A stretch of DNA of 64,000 bases from a bacterium (GCA_963675755.2 CAXXMD010000003.1:3264001-3328000), one strand, 5' to 3'. Shown: positions 47,037-57,087, counted from the stretch's first letter. Notes: generated by a model from the letters alone, not told the origin. Translations and numbers: made by a program.

Positions 47037-48317
47037 GTGAGCAAGAGTGAACAATTGTTTGAAAAATCCAGAGCTGTCATGCCGGGCGGAGTCAACTCGC
47101 CGGTACGGGCTTTTAAATCTGTTGATCGTACACCAGTGTTTATTGCATCCGCTAAAGGCTGCAAGATCACCGATGTAGACGGAAAAGAATATATCGATTA
47201 TGTAGGATCGTGGGGACCGCTGATTTTGGGGCATGCCCATGATGAAGTTTTAGAGGCTATCAACAGCGCCGCTGCCAAAGGTACCAGCTATGGAGCTCCC
47301 ACAGAAATTGAAATTGAACTGGCGCAAAAGATTATAGATATGGTGCCATCCGTAGAGATGGTACGCCTGGTTAACTCGGGCACTGAAGCCACCATGAGCG
47401 CTGTGCGTGCGGCAAGAGGATTTACCGGCAGGGACAAGTTTATTAAATTTGAAGGCTGTTATCACGGACATGGCGACAGCTTTTTGATCAAGGCGGGATC
47501 GGGTGCGCTGACACTGGGTGAACCAACAAGTCCCGGTGTACCGAAAAACGTTGCGCAGGATACCCTGACTGCGGATTTTAATGATCTGGCTTCGGTGGAA
47601 GCTTTGTTCAGCGAATACAAAAATCAGATTGCCGGTGTGATCGTAGAACCCATTGCCGGCAACATGGGTGTTGTGCCGCCAGCGGATGGATTTTTACAGG
47701 GACTGCGCAAGCTTTGTGATGCTCAAGGAAGTGTGTTGATTTTTGATGAAGTGATGACCGGGTTCCGGGTTGCACCCGGTGGTGCACAGGAGCTGTATGG
47801 CGTTACTCCCGATCTTACCACTATGGGCAAAGTTATTGGCGGCGGTTTACCGGTAGGTGCCTATGGCGGTAAAAAAGAGATTATGAGCAAGATTTCTCCC
47901 GATGGCCCCATTTACCAGGCGGGAACGCTTTCCGGTAATCCATTGGCGGTTTCTGCAGGACTCAAAACGCTTGAGATTTTAACTCGTCCTGGATTTTTTG
48001 ATACGCTCAACGCCAAGGCGAGAGCCTTTTTTGAATATACGCAAAAGATGATCGATGAGAAAAACCTGCCCTTGACATTGAATGCTGTCAACTCTATGGG
48101 CTGCCTCTATTTTAATCCCAACAAGGTACTGGGATTCAAGGATGCGACCGCATCCGATACGGCTACATTCAGCCGCTTCTTTGGTGAACTGCTGGACAAT
48201 GGTGTGTATATCGCTCCGTCACAGTTTGAAGCCATGTTTATATCTGCCGCCCACTCGGACGATGATCTCGCCCACACCGGAGATGTCGTTGCTGCTGCAT
48301 TGGAAAAAGTGTTGTAA
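47037..48317 (+). CDS. hemL: glutamate-1-semialdehyde 2,1-aminomutase
   Basis: [70 protein letters not shown]. Probable GTG start at 47037 after GGAG. Confidence 0.97.
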   Translation: MSKSEQLFEKSRAVMPGGVNSPVRAFKSVDRTPVFIASAKGCKITDVDGKEYIDYVGSWGPLILGHAHDEVLEAINSAAAKGTSYGAPTEIEIELAQKIIDMVPSVEMVRLVNSGTEATMSAVRAARGFTGRDKFIKFEGCYHGHGDSFLIKAGSGALTLGEPTSPGVPKNVAQDTLTADFNDLASVEALFSEYKNQIAGVIVEPIAGNMGVVPPADGFLQGLRKLCDAQGSVLIFDEVMTGFRVAPGGAQELYGVTPDLTTMGKVIGGGLPVGAYGGKKEIMSKISPDGPIYQAGTLSGNPLAVSAGLKTLEILTRPGFFDTLNAKARAFFEYTQKMIDEKNLPLTLNAVNSMGCLYFNPNKVLGFKDATASDTATFSRFFGELLDNGVYIAPSQFEAMFISAAHSDDDLAHTGDVVAAALEKVL

Positions 48318-48331
48318 GACTTTTGAAAGAA

Positions 48332-48361
48332 GCCTCCCGGAGGTCAAGACCTCCGGGAGGT
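48332..48361. repeat. perfect GC-rich palindrome after hemL (REP-like/terminator)
   Basis: CCTCCCGGAGGTC-AA-GACCTCCGGGAGG; no U-tract. Confidence 0.7.
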
Positions 48362-48461
48362 GGAAATTCCTTCCAGATTTATCTTGACATTTACTTCTAT
48401 GTTGTTGAAATTACATCCTATCTTAAACGAATACAGCATCCGGACGTAAAGCGAGAATCCT

Positions 48462-51320
48462 ATGAAATTCTGCCGTATATTGACGTGGATTATATTTAGT
48501 TGTTTCCATGTTATTTTATCTCCACTTTACCCGCAAAGCCGGGGAGTAAATCATGATCCCAATCAGATGAAAATCGGGGAAAAGCCATATGAAATGGTTG
48601 ACAGGGTGGAGCAACGTGAACCTGCGGCCACTTTTATGGATTGCAGTCAGTGGATTGTTGAAACAGTAAACTGTACTGCAGGATTGTATCGTACACAGGA
48701 AGAACGGCTTTATCGGGAGTATTGCGGTAATCTGAATTTTACAGCGACAAACAATAAAGCAGAAATAACGTTGCGACTGGTGAATCCCATTGTGTTACAT
48801 GAAGAGTGGGATTGCATCGATTTCTGGAATTTTGGGTTTCACTGGTTGTGGGGAGAACCCAAATGGCAAACCGCCATGAGCCATTACGCCCTTGTCCAGG
48901 GCAACGATGGTACAGTATATGAGCTCGATTTTACACAGGCCGGTTATCGCGGAATGGTACATAAATACTGGCACCTGAGCCACCACAAGTTAAAGGAGAA
49001 CATTGGACCTGATGCCAGGTTTATCGGATTTCGTTTCAAAGGGAACAATACTCCTGTCGATTTGGAGCAGACATTTTACCTGGGACCGGTTTATGTGTAC
49101 AAGGAAAAACTGAATGATCTGTCCTTTCAGCCATGGCCGGAAAAGCTGCCTTTTCCATTACGCAAAGAAACAATCCTTCCATTGAATAAGAGTAAAGATT
49201 ATGAAAATAGTGTTATAAAATCAGATAAGCATTTTGAATTTGTTTATAAGGACAATGACCAGGAACTGCGTTATGTGTTGGATTTGGAAAAGGATTTGTT
49301 GAGTGGTTTAACGTTAATTTACAATGATAATGAAATTCCGTTAAATCGAAATGCGAAAATATATTTCAAGGATGTGGATAGTACTGAATGGATTATTCAT
49401 AAATCCCGGTTAAAATCGGATACATTATTTGTAAACGCAAAGGCACAATTCACAGATCGTACTGTACCGTTTGATTTTTGGTATACCATCAGGCAAAAAT
49501 CAATGATAATAGGTATTTGTGAAAAGGCTGAAACAGGTTCTGTAACCAAAATTACCCTGGGTGAAACCTGGGCAGGAGAAGACGCAAAGCTGGTTACAAT
49601 ACCTTTTCTCTCCTATGGAGGTAACCGAATTCCACAAATATTGTATTCAAATGGATTGTTTTTCTTTAAACAATTTGACTGGTATGTTTCTGATGCATCT
49701 GATTTTATACCCGGCGCTAACCAAATTGAGGACGGCTGGGCAAATTATAACAAGGGTGTACGTTATATCCCCAAAACCAATGGGATTTTGAATTCGGTAA
49801 GAGAAAAGTTGTTTATTAACGTATCTGATGATGTTCAGGAGATTCTTCCCACTATTGATAATCCGAAATCTCCCATGCGGTCAGTTATGGCTAATCGCTT
49901 GTGGGAAGTAGAAGGATCGCCGGATCATAATTATTTACGTCATTGTGCAAGGGAGCAAAGGGCCTTGGGTTTGTCAAATGTTGCAGTCCGTTATCACGAA
50001 GGAATCTGGCGTGATGGTGGTGAAAGTTATACATTTCGAACCCAAACAGCACCAGGTCGTGGCGGGGACTCGGCTGTAGTGGATTTGGTTCACAATATAA
50101 AGAAAAATGGATGGCTGGTAGGATTGTATACCAATTATACCGATTATGCACCGGTCAATAAAAATTGGAATCCGGATTGGGTCAAGCGAGGACCTCATGG
50201 CGAGTGGGAAATTAGTTGGTCACGTTGTTATTCTCCAAAACCCATGATCGCCTGGGAGCAGGAACAGAATTATGCCCCGAAAATTCACGAAAAATTTGGC
50301 AGCAATCATAGCTATTGTGATGTCCATACTGCCGTGTCGCCAGTTTCAAGGGTAGATTATGATTATCGTGTTCCTGGTGCCGCTACATTCAGACGCACTT
50401 TAGAATGTTATGGATTGCTGCTTTTGAATGAAAAAAAATCGTATCATGGTCCTGTCTATTCTGAAGGTAATTATCATTGGTGGTATGCTGGACTGACAGA
50501 TGGAAATTATGGCAATGCGTATCCCCGTCTCACGGAAACTGATATATTCCCTGATTTTCAATTGTTAAAGATCCATCCCCTGGAGATGGATGCCGGTAAT
50601 GTGAATGCGATTGGAAGCGAATACCTTGCCTATACTTTGGCGTATGGACATATTGGGTTATTAAATGGGGACTTGTCTGAAAAAATAAAGCGCTATGCCA
50701 TGCTTCAACCGTTGCAGGAATATTATTCCATGATACCAGTAAAATCCATTTGCTATTTTGATGAGGGAGTATTTTATAATTCATCCGAGGCGATTCAAAG
50801 AGATCTGATCCGCGCACCCAAATTGTATCTGGAATATGAATCCGGATTAAAAGTTTATATCAATTTTTCTGATGATAATTGGAAAATTAATGTACAATCC
50901 GGAAAATATATATTACCCCAATATGGTTTTTTTGTTAGTACAGATAATCAGAGTATTACAGCATATTCAGGAATTAAAGAAGGATTGGACAATACAAAAC
51001 CCATCGAGTATTCTGAAGGAAAAGATCAATTTTATTTCGATACCCATGATCAACAAATACAAACAAATGATTTTATCTGTAATGGACAGGTGTATTTAAA
51101 AAAAGAGACATTTGGATGGGAAATAATACCCGCACGGGATTTTCAGTCCTTTGCCTTTAATCCAAAACGCCTTGGATTAGATACTGATGGCGTTATGATA
51201 GAAGGTGTAAATATTGATGATCTGCCAGTTGAGCAGGTGCAATACTCCCGGTTAGGCAAAATGATACTTTTCTCTCATGATAATAAAAATATATTTAAAT
51301 ACCGGATTTGCCCTGATTGA
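48462..51320 (+). CDS. large secreted protein, putative TIM-barrel glycoside hydrolase (DUF5696/GH101/GH129-like)
   Basis: Signal peptide; aromatic-rich central region with GLYTNYTDY, YCDVHTAV.P.RVDYD and GPVYSEG. Family assignment is tentative. Confidence 0.45.
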   Translation: MKFCRILTWIIFSCFHVILSPLYPQSRGVNHDPNQMKIGEKPYEMVDRVEQREPAATFMDCSQWIVETVNCTAGLYRTQEERLYREYCGNLNFTATNNKAEITLRLVNPIVLHEEWDCIDFWNFGFHWLWGEPKWQTAMSHYALVQGNDGTVYELDFTQAGYRGMVHKYWHLSHHKLKENIGPDARFIGFRFKGNNTPVDLEQTFYLGPVYVYKEKLNDLSFQPWPEKLPFPLRKETILPLNKSKDYENSVIKSDKHFEFVYKDNDQELRYVLDLEKDLLSGLTLIYNDNEIPLNRNAKIYFKDVDSTEWIIHKSRLKSDTLFVNAKAQFTDRTVPFDFWYTIRQKSMIIGICEKAETGSVTKITLGETWAGEDAKLVTIPFLSYGGNRIPQILYSNGLFFFKQFDWYVSDASDFIPGANQIEDGWANYNKGVRYIPKTNGILNSVREKLFINVSDDVQEILPTIDNPKSPMRSVMANRLWEVEGSPDHNYLRHCAREQRALGLSNVAVRYHEGIWRDGGESYTFRTQTAPGRGGDSAVVDLVHNIKKNGWLVGLYTNYTDYAPVNKNWNPDWVKRGPHGEWEISWSRCYSPKPMIAWEQEQNYAPKIHEKFGSNHSYCDVHTAVSPVSRVDYDYRVPGAATFRRTLECYGLLLLNEKKSYHGPVYSEGNYHWWYAGLTDGNYGNAYPRLTETDIFPDFQLLKIHPLEMDAGNVNAIGSEYLAYTLAYGHIGLLNGDLSEKIKRYAMLQPLQEYYSMIPVKSICYFDEGVFYNSSEAIQRDLIRAPKLYLEYESGLKVYINFSDDNWKINVQSGKYILPQYGFFVSTDNQSITAYSGIKEGLDNTKPIEYSEGKDQFYFDTHDQQIQTNDFICNGQVYLKKETFGWEIIPARDFQSFAFNPKRLGLDTDGVMIEGVNIDDLPVEQVQYSRLGKMILFSHDNKNIFKYRICPD

Positions 51321-51588
51321 AAAGAATGTATATGGTTTTACTCATTATTTACTATTCTGATTAAAAAAATCATAAAAATTGGAAACTGCATAGAAATTAA
51401 AAGCCAATATTTTCAAATAGTTGTTAATTTGCTTTATCGGAAAATTTTTCCTGATAATATATCCTTTCATACCAGAAATTATGTCTCCGGCCGAAATAAT
51501 ATACAATATGAATTGTTATAAAATTCTTAAATGTTTTATGTTATTGTTGATTAACCCTATTATATAAGAAATGATCAAGGTAGAATTG

Positions 51589-54276
51589 ATGAATATGATT
51601 AAGAACATTAAAGTCTTGTTAACTGTTTCTCTGGTATTTGCAAGTTTTGCAACTGCCCAAACATTTACTCCCAATGCAGAGCAGGAAGCCTATTATACCG
51701 AATATGAAAGTTCCGATCTCAATGGCAGCGAGTTACCGGTTTTAATGCCCTTTAACCGTTGGATTGATCCCGCGGGCGAGCAGATTTATTTTGGCGACAC
51801 TGAACTTGAGAATCATGCCCTGGACTGTTGCTTGTCCCCTGATGGGAAATGGTTGGCGGTTCAGGGACGATATTCTATTGTCATCATATCCCCAACGACC
51901 CGCAAGATTGTGAACCGGTTTCCACTGAGGGATTATTTTCAGAAGCAAAAAGCTCTGAATACCTTTTCAGGCATCCACTGGCAGCAAAAAGAGGGTGAAT
52001 ATTATTTATACTGGAGCACGGTTGTTCAGAATACGCAATCTGTGGTTGTGCAGGCAAAATGGGATGAACCCAATTTATCGGTTGTGAAAACCATTTCATT
52101 TGATGTATTAAAACCGGCCAAATCCGCAATACCCAACGAGTTATTGGTTACAACAGAAAATGGAAAATCGTATTTATATGTTGTTTTGAACGGCAATGAC
52201 AGGGTGGAAAAAGTTGAACTGGAAACCGAAAAGCGGGAATGGTCTGTCACTTCGGGTGTGGCGCCATATGGTATAACACAGGCAAATGGTAAATTATATG
52301 TAACCAACTGGGCGGGCGCTGTTCCGGATTCCGATGATGTGGATGTTGCCGGTGTACCCTGGAGAAAAGCAAAGGTAGATCCGCAGACCGGTACAATCCG
52401 GGAGGGAACGGTTACTGTGCTTTCTCCTCAGGATGGACATGTATTAAAAGAGATTACCGTGGGGCTGCATCCCAATGATATTATCGCCAGTCCGGATGAA
52501 AAGTATGTTTATATTGCCAATGCCAACAGTGACAGGGTTACGGTAATCAATACCGGAACTGATCAGATTAGTGAGGAAATATCTGTCCGGTTGCTACAGG
52601 AAAAGAATCCCTATTTTGGTGATTCGCCAAACGGATTGGGACTGTCGAACGATGGTAAAATCCTATATGTAGCAAATGGTATGGACAATGCCCTGGCGGT
52701 TGTGGAACTGGGGCGGTCAGCTTCCGGTTCCTCTCTTGAAAAAAGCCAGATTGCTGGATTCATCCCCACGGGCGCATATCCCGGTGCGGTTTGTTTGTAT
52801 CGTGATCAATGGCTGTTTGTTGCAAATATAGAGGCAGAGGGTGCACGTACCTTGTTGAATTCAGGATTAAACGATTCATATGCGTTTAACGCGCATCGCA
52901 TGATGGCATCTGTGTCTGTAATTCCGGTACCGGATAAAGAACAACTGGATACATATACAAAGCGTGTGGTAGATGCAAATCAATTGTTCCGTGTCGATCT
53001 AACGCAGCAACTACCCCGTCAAAATGTTGCGCCAGTACCAGTACCCGACCGCATCGGTGAACCTTCAGTATTCAAACATGTGGTTTATATCATCAAAGAA
53101 AACCGGACCTATGATCAGATTTTGGGTGATATGAAAACTGGTGATGGAGATCCCGATTTGTGCATCTTTGGACAACAGGTTACCCCCAATACACACAAGC
53201 TGAGTGAGGATTTTTTATTGCTGGACAATTTTTATGTCTCCGGCAAGTGTTCGGCTGAGGGACATCAATGGACCGATGCATCGATTGTTACAGATTATAT
53301 TGAAAAGAATGTACGGGCCTGGTTCCGCAGTTATCCGCATGTTCAGACCGATGCGCTGGTTTATGCACCAACAGGATTTTTGTGGGATAATGCGTTGCGT
53401 AATGACGTCAATGTTCGAATTTACGGAGAAGCCGCGGTACCCGAGTTTGATAAAAACTTGACCTGGACAAACATTTATCAGGATTTCTTGCAAGGTAAAA
53501 CATTTGATTTTAAAAATGTCACAACCATTAAACCGGTTGAAAAATTATTAAGCGAGACTTTTCCGGCTTATGATGGACATAAAATACCGGATGTGCTGAG
53601 AGCCAAAGCATTTATTGATGAATTAAATGCCTGTGAAAACATGCATGGCGATCAATGGCCAGAGCTTATGATTGTTGCGCTGCCAAATGACCATACCGGT
53701 GGAACGCGCCCCGGATTGCCAACACCCAGAGCAATGGTGGCAGACAATGATCTGGCGCTTGGTGAAATTGTACAGGCTATTTCAAAAAGTCGGTTTTGGG
53801 AGAATACCGTAATCTTTGTTACCGAAGATGATTCTCAAGCAGGTTGGGACCATGTTTCGGCTTATCGCACTGTTGGTTTGGTTATCAGTCCATATTCAAG
53901 ATTAACCAGGACAGTCCATACGAATTACAATCAGCCTTCCATGATCCGAACGATTGAGCAGATACTGGGCATCCCCCCGATGAACATTCATGACGCAACC
54001 GCAATGCCAATGTTTGATTGCTTTGGAGCACAAGCGGATTTGACTCCTTATCAGCTTTTGCCGAACCAGATACCATTGAATGAAATGAACAAAGATCTTT
54101 CGGATTTATCCGGTCAATCTCTGTACTATGCCCAAAAAAGCCTTGATCCCCAGTTTGACGGTATTGATGGGGGAGACGATGATCTTTTTAATCGTATACT
54201 TTGGTATGCTTTTAAAGGAAATGATCCTTATCCTGAACTGTACAGCGGTAAAGATAATGATGATGACGATGATTAA
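51589..54276 (+). CDS. YncE/YVTN beta-propeller plus phosphoesterase (alkaline-phosphatase superfamily) fusion, secreted
   Basis: YVTN-type repeats (LYVTNW, VGLHP, YIANANSD.V.VI, LYVANG.DNA); HVVYIIKENRTYDQ.LGD, SAEGHQW, LPNDHT, VADNDLALG, EDDSQ.G.DHV. Confidence 0.85.
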   Translation: MNMIKNIKVLLTVSLVFASFATAQTFTPNAEQEAYYTEYESSDLNGSELPVLMPFNRWIDPAGEQIYFGDTELENHALDCCLSPDGKWLAVQGRYSIVIISPTTRKIVNRFPLRDYFQKQKALNTFSGIHWQQKEGEYYLYWSTVVQNTQSVVVQAKWDEPNLSVVKTISFDVLKPAKSAIPNELLVTTENGKSYLYVVLNGNDRVEKVELETEKREWSVTSGVAPYGITQANGKLYVTNWAGAVPDSDDVDVAGVPWRKAKVDPQTGTIREGTVTVLSPQDGHVLKEITVGLHPNDIIASPDEKYVYIANANSDRVTVINTGTDQISEEISVRLLQEKNPYFGDSPNGLGLSNDGKILYVANGMDNALAVVELGRSASGSSLEKSQIAGFIPTGAYPGAVCLYRDQWLFVANIEAEGARTLLNSGLNDSYAFNAHRMMASVSVIPVPDKEQLDTYTKRVVDANQLFRVDLTQQLPRQNVAPVPVPDRIGEPSVFKHVVYIIKENRTYDQILGDMKTGDGDPDLCIFGQQVTPNTHKLSEDFLLLDNFYVSGKCSAEGHQWTDASIVTDYIEKNVRAWFRSYPHVQTDALVYAPTGFLWDNALRNDVNVRIYGEAAVPEFDKNLTWTNIYQDFLQGKTFDFKNVTTIKPVEKLLSETFPAYDGHKIPDVLRAKAFIDELNACENMHGDQWPELMIVALPNDHTGGTRPGLPTPRAMVADNDLALGEIVQAISKSRFWENTVIFVTEDDSQAGWDHVSAYRTVGLVISPYSRLTRTVHTNYNQPSMIRTIEQILGIPPMNIHDATAMPMFDCFGAQADLTPYQLLPNQIPLNEMNKDLSDLSGQSLYYAQKSLDPQFDGIDGGDDDLFNRILWYAFKGNDPYPELYSGKDNDDDDD

Positions 54277-54393
54277 CTGATCATTTCAAACCATTATATC
54301 ACAGGAACTAAATTTAATACGTTACGTTAAACAGGAATAGTCAGAAATTTTTATTTTCTGTTTATTTTAACTAATTTTAATGAGGGGTGTATT

Positions 54394-55074
54394 ATGTACA
54401 AACCAAAATTTTTTTCCTGTCTGTTTCTAGTCGTTTTGATTGTTTCCATTCCCGGCTTTTTGTTTGCCGGACCGGATTTGTACCTGGGGTTGACGGGTGG
54501 ATTGAATCGATCGCAATTGACTACAGACGCCAATTTTTCAACATTTGGCCCTTATAATCAGGCTGCTTTGAACCTGAATGGAGGGATATCCGTATTGATG
54601 CAGTTTGAGCGTTGGGGAGTGGAAACCGGGCTTGGTTACAGCCAGGCGGGTGCCAAGACCGAATCTATGGTGGGCACAACTGAAAGCGGTGCTATTCGGG
54701 GTGAATTCTGGATTTCGCAGGAGCAATCCTATCTTCAAGTACCGATTCTTGCTTCTTATTCATTCAATAGGGGGGGATTCAATCCCTATCTGTTTGCGGG
54801 TCCGAATATTCGGTTTCTGTTAAACGGAAAAGAAAAAATGGATTCAGATTATGGTGAGCAGGAATGGAACCGGGAGATTGATGGGTATTTGAATGATGTG
54901 AATATTGCGCTGGAAAGTGGCGCCGGGGTGCGTTACGCGGTCACTCCTGTGTTGAATATGGGGATTTCAGCTTCTTATCTGTTTGGGCTCAATAACCAAT
55001 TGTCCAGCAATGCGTATGGCGAGCAAAAAGCCAGAGATTTTCGTTTCAATTTCTCTCTCTATTATCTGCTATAA
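54394..55074 (+). CDS. outer-membrane beta-barrel protein (OmpA/PorT-like 8-stranded family)
   Basis: Signal peptide; G..GGLN.S, YSQ.G, YLQVP.L, Y..AGP, alternating strands and aromatic C-terminus. Confidence 0.75.
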   Translation: MYKPKFFSCLFLVVLIVSIPGFLFAGPDLYLGLTGGLNRSQLTTDANFSTFGPYNQAALNLNGGISVLMQFERWGVETGLGYSQAGAKTESMVGTTESGAIRGEFWISQEQSYLQVPILASYSFNRGGFNPYLFAGPNIRFLLNGKEKMDSDYGEQEWNREIDGYLNDVNIALESGAGVRYAVTPVLNMGISASYLFGLNNQLSSNAYGEQKARDFRFNFSLYYLL

Positions 55075-55097
55075 GAATTCACTTTACTCTTGATGAT

Positions 55098-55139
55098 AAC
55101 CGTCCTGATGCTGTATCCTTCCACCGGGACGGTTTTTTA
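55098..55139 (+). terminator. intrinsic terminator
   Basis: AACCGTCCTG...CGGGACGGTT followed by a T run. Confidence 0.65.
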
Positions 55140-55163
55140 TTCTTGCCAATTTTTTATAGTCTC

Positions 55164-55323
55164 TGTAAAAATGACAAATCAATTATTTTAATATGTAATT
55201 TTGACATATTGATAATTTCTTGTCTGCCAAATTTACAAAATCAGTATTAAAAATTAAATTTTTATCAAGTGTTTGATAATTATGCGTTTATGCTCATTTT
55301 CCCAATTTGGCATATAATTTGTA
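55164..55323 (+). promoter_or_regulatory. sigma54-type promoter region: three UAS-like pseudo-palindromes, IHF site, -24/-12 box
   Basis: TGTAAAAATGACA 55164, TGTAATTTTGACA 55194, TGCCAAATTTACA 55225; IHF consensus TATCAAgtgtTTG 55263-55275; TGGCA-tataat-TTGTA 55308-55323. Confidence 0.55.
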
Positions 55324-55403
55324 TTTTCCCAGGTAAATGAATAAGGAACACAATCATACAGATTGTGAGAGTTTTGTAACTATTATATTCAGGAGGTAAT
55401 GTT

Positions 55404-55838
55404 ATGGATATACGTTATATGTTGGGCGGTAATCCTTTTGAAGAGATGAATCGATTGAGAAATGAAATGGACCATCTTTTTAATGGGTTTAATACGCTTA
55501 GACGACCGGCAGTATATCCTGCAGTTAATATCTGGAGCAATAAGGATAAAGCGATATTAACGGCTGAATTGCCCGGATATGATTTGAAGGATTTTAACGC
55601 GTCGGTTATTGATGATACCCTGGTTTTGACTGGTGAACGTGAATCCCTGAAAACCAGTGATAAAGAAGCTTTGCAGCGCAATGAACGAATGACCGGAAAA
55701 TTTGAAAAACAAGTACGTCTGCCGTTTCCGGTAGACGCAAACAAAATTGAGGCAACATATAATGACGGTGTACTGAATATTACATTGCCGCGTAAAGAAG
55801 AAGACAAGCCTCGTAAAATTACTATAAAAGCAAACTGA
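55404..55838 (+). CDS. small heat-shock protein (Hsp20/alpha-crystallin)
   Basis: YPAVNI, AELPG, L.L.GER, ER..G.F...LP..VD, A.Y.DGVL.ITLP, KPRKI.I; GGAGG RBS. Confidence 0.95.
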   Translation: MDIRYMLGGNPFEEMNRLRNEMDHLFNGFNTLRRPAVYPAVNIWSNKDKAILTAELPGYDLKDFNASVIDDTLVLTGERESLKTSDKEALQRNERMTGKFEKQVRLPFPVDANKIEATYNDGVLNITLPRKEEDKPRKITIKAN

Positions 55839-55855
55839 GAAAGGAGGGATGGAGA

Positions 55856-56260
55856 ATGGAAGCATTGAAAAATAAAATACAAAAACGTGACAGCGAAGCG
55901 GTTGATACCGTTGAGCGTACCCGCTCGGGCAAAGTCTTTGTCCCTGCTGTAGATATACTGGACTCTGATGACCATTTGACCTTGTATGCAGACATGCCCG
56001 GATGTGAAAAAACATCCATTGATATTACTCTTGAAAATAATGTATTGTCAATTCAGGGAAATATCTGCTGGCAGCCTCCCAAAGATTATGAACTGGTATT
56101 TAACGAATATGAAGTGGGTGATTATCGCAGAGCATTTACACTGGATGAATCCATTGACCGTGAAAAGATTGAAGCGGATTATAACAACGGAGTTCTGCGA
56201 TTGACATTGCCCAAACTGGAACCAGCAAAACCGAAAAAAATAGCTGTAAAATTTTCATAA
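55856..56260 (+). CDS. small heat-shock protein (Hsp20/alpha-crystallin)
   Basis: PAVDI, ADMPG, Y.R.F.L..ID.EKI.A...NGVL.LTLPK, KKIAV. Confidence 0.95.
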   Translation: MEALKNKIQKRDSEAVDTVERTRSGKVFVPAVDILDSDDHLTLYADMPGCEKTSIDITLENNVLSIQGNICWQPPKDYELVFNEYEVGDYRRAFTLDESIDREKIEADYNNGVLRLTLPKLEPAKPKKIAVKFS

Positions 56261-56311
56261 CCCATTGTGGTATACCTGAAAAACTGTTTTGTTCATATCA
56301 GCTAGTAATTG

Positions 56312-56350
56312 AAAATGGGTGGCATTCAAAGAATTGCCGCCCATTTTTTT
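56312..56350 (+). terminator. intrinsic terminator after the Hsp20 pair
   Basis: AAAATGGGTGGCA...TGCCGCCCATTTT followed by a T run. Confidence 0.8.
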
Positions 56351-56385
56351 ATCTGAAATGTAATTAAACCGTGAGGTATATGATT

Positions 56386-57087
56386 ATGGCAAAAAATTAT
56401 TATCTCATTCTAGGCCTTGCTTCTGATGCATCTGATCAGGAAATAAGGTCTGCATATAAACGACTCGCCAAAGAATTACATCCTGATATATCCGGAAAAG
56501 ATAGTGTACCTTTTCTGGAACTGCAGGAAGCTTATTCCGTATTAAATGATCCTGAAAAAAGACAGCAATATGATGATTGCAGGGGAAAACGGCAAACCAA
56601 TCCGCGTGTACCAATAGAGCCTCTGGTGCGAAATAGAATAAATGTGGAACCACTCATTCCCCGCAAGTGGTCTGATAATCCCGGCTATTCCATAAGAGAT
56701 GAATTTCAAACATTTATACCTTCTTTTGATGAATTGTTTGACTACCTTGGGCAGAATTTTCGATCCCTTACCCATCGAAAAACAGAACATGTGAAAAGCA
56801 TAACTATTGATGTACCTGTAACTTCGATGCAGGCGTTCAAGGGTGGGCAGGTACAGATTCGAGTACCGGTACGTTTTGAATGTAATGTTTGTCAGGGAAT
56901 GGGTAATATTGGATCCTTTGAATGTTTACGATGCTCCGGACAAGGAAAGCTTGTGGGCGAGTATCCTGTTTCAGTCCGGTTCCCGGGAGGTATTCGGGAT
57001 AGATATACAATGGATGTGTCTTTAACAAACCTGGGAATTCGCAATGCATATTTATCGGTTCGTTTTTGTATAGATGACACATTTTAA
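56386..57087 (+). CDS. short J-domain protein with a half zinc finger (DnaJ-like)
   Basis: NYY.ILG, HPD motif, EAY.VL.DPEKR..YD; only two CxxCxGxG repeats (CNVCQGMG, CLRCSGQG). Confidence 0.85.
   Translation: MAKNYYLILGLASDASDQEIRSAYKRLAKELHPDISGKDSVPFLELQEAYSVLNDPEKRQQYDDCRGKRQTNPRVPIEPLVRNRINVEPLIPRKWSDNPGYSIRDEFQTFIPSFDELFDYLGQNFRSLTHRKTEHVKSITIDVPVTSMQAFKGGQVQIRVPVRFECNVCQGMGNIGSFECLRCSGQGKLVGEYPVSVRFPGGIRDRYTMDVSLTNLGIRNAYLSVRFCIDDTF

Noticed and set aside
55260-55403. CIRCE/HrcA or sigma32 heat-shock elements
   Set aside because: No TTAGCACTC-N9-GAGTGCTAA and no CTTGAA-N13/14-CCCCAT found.
55415-56015. Antisense ORFs over the Hsp20 genes
   Set aside because: Fully overlap two clear sHsp genes; no independent evidence.
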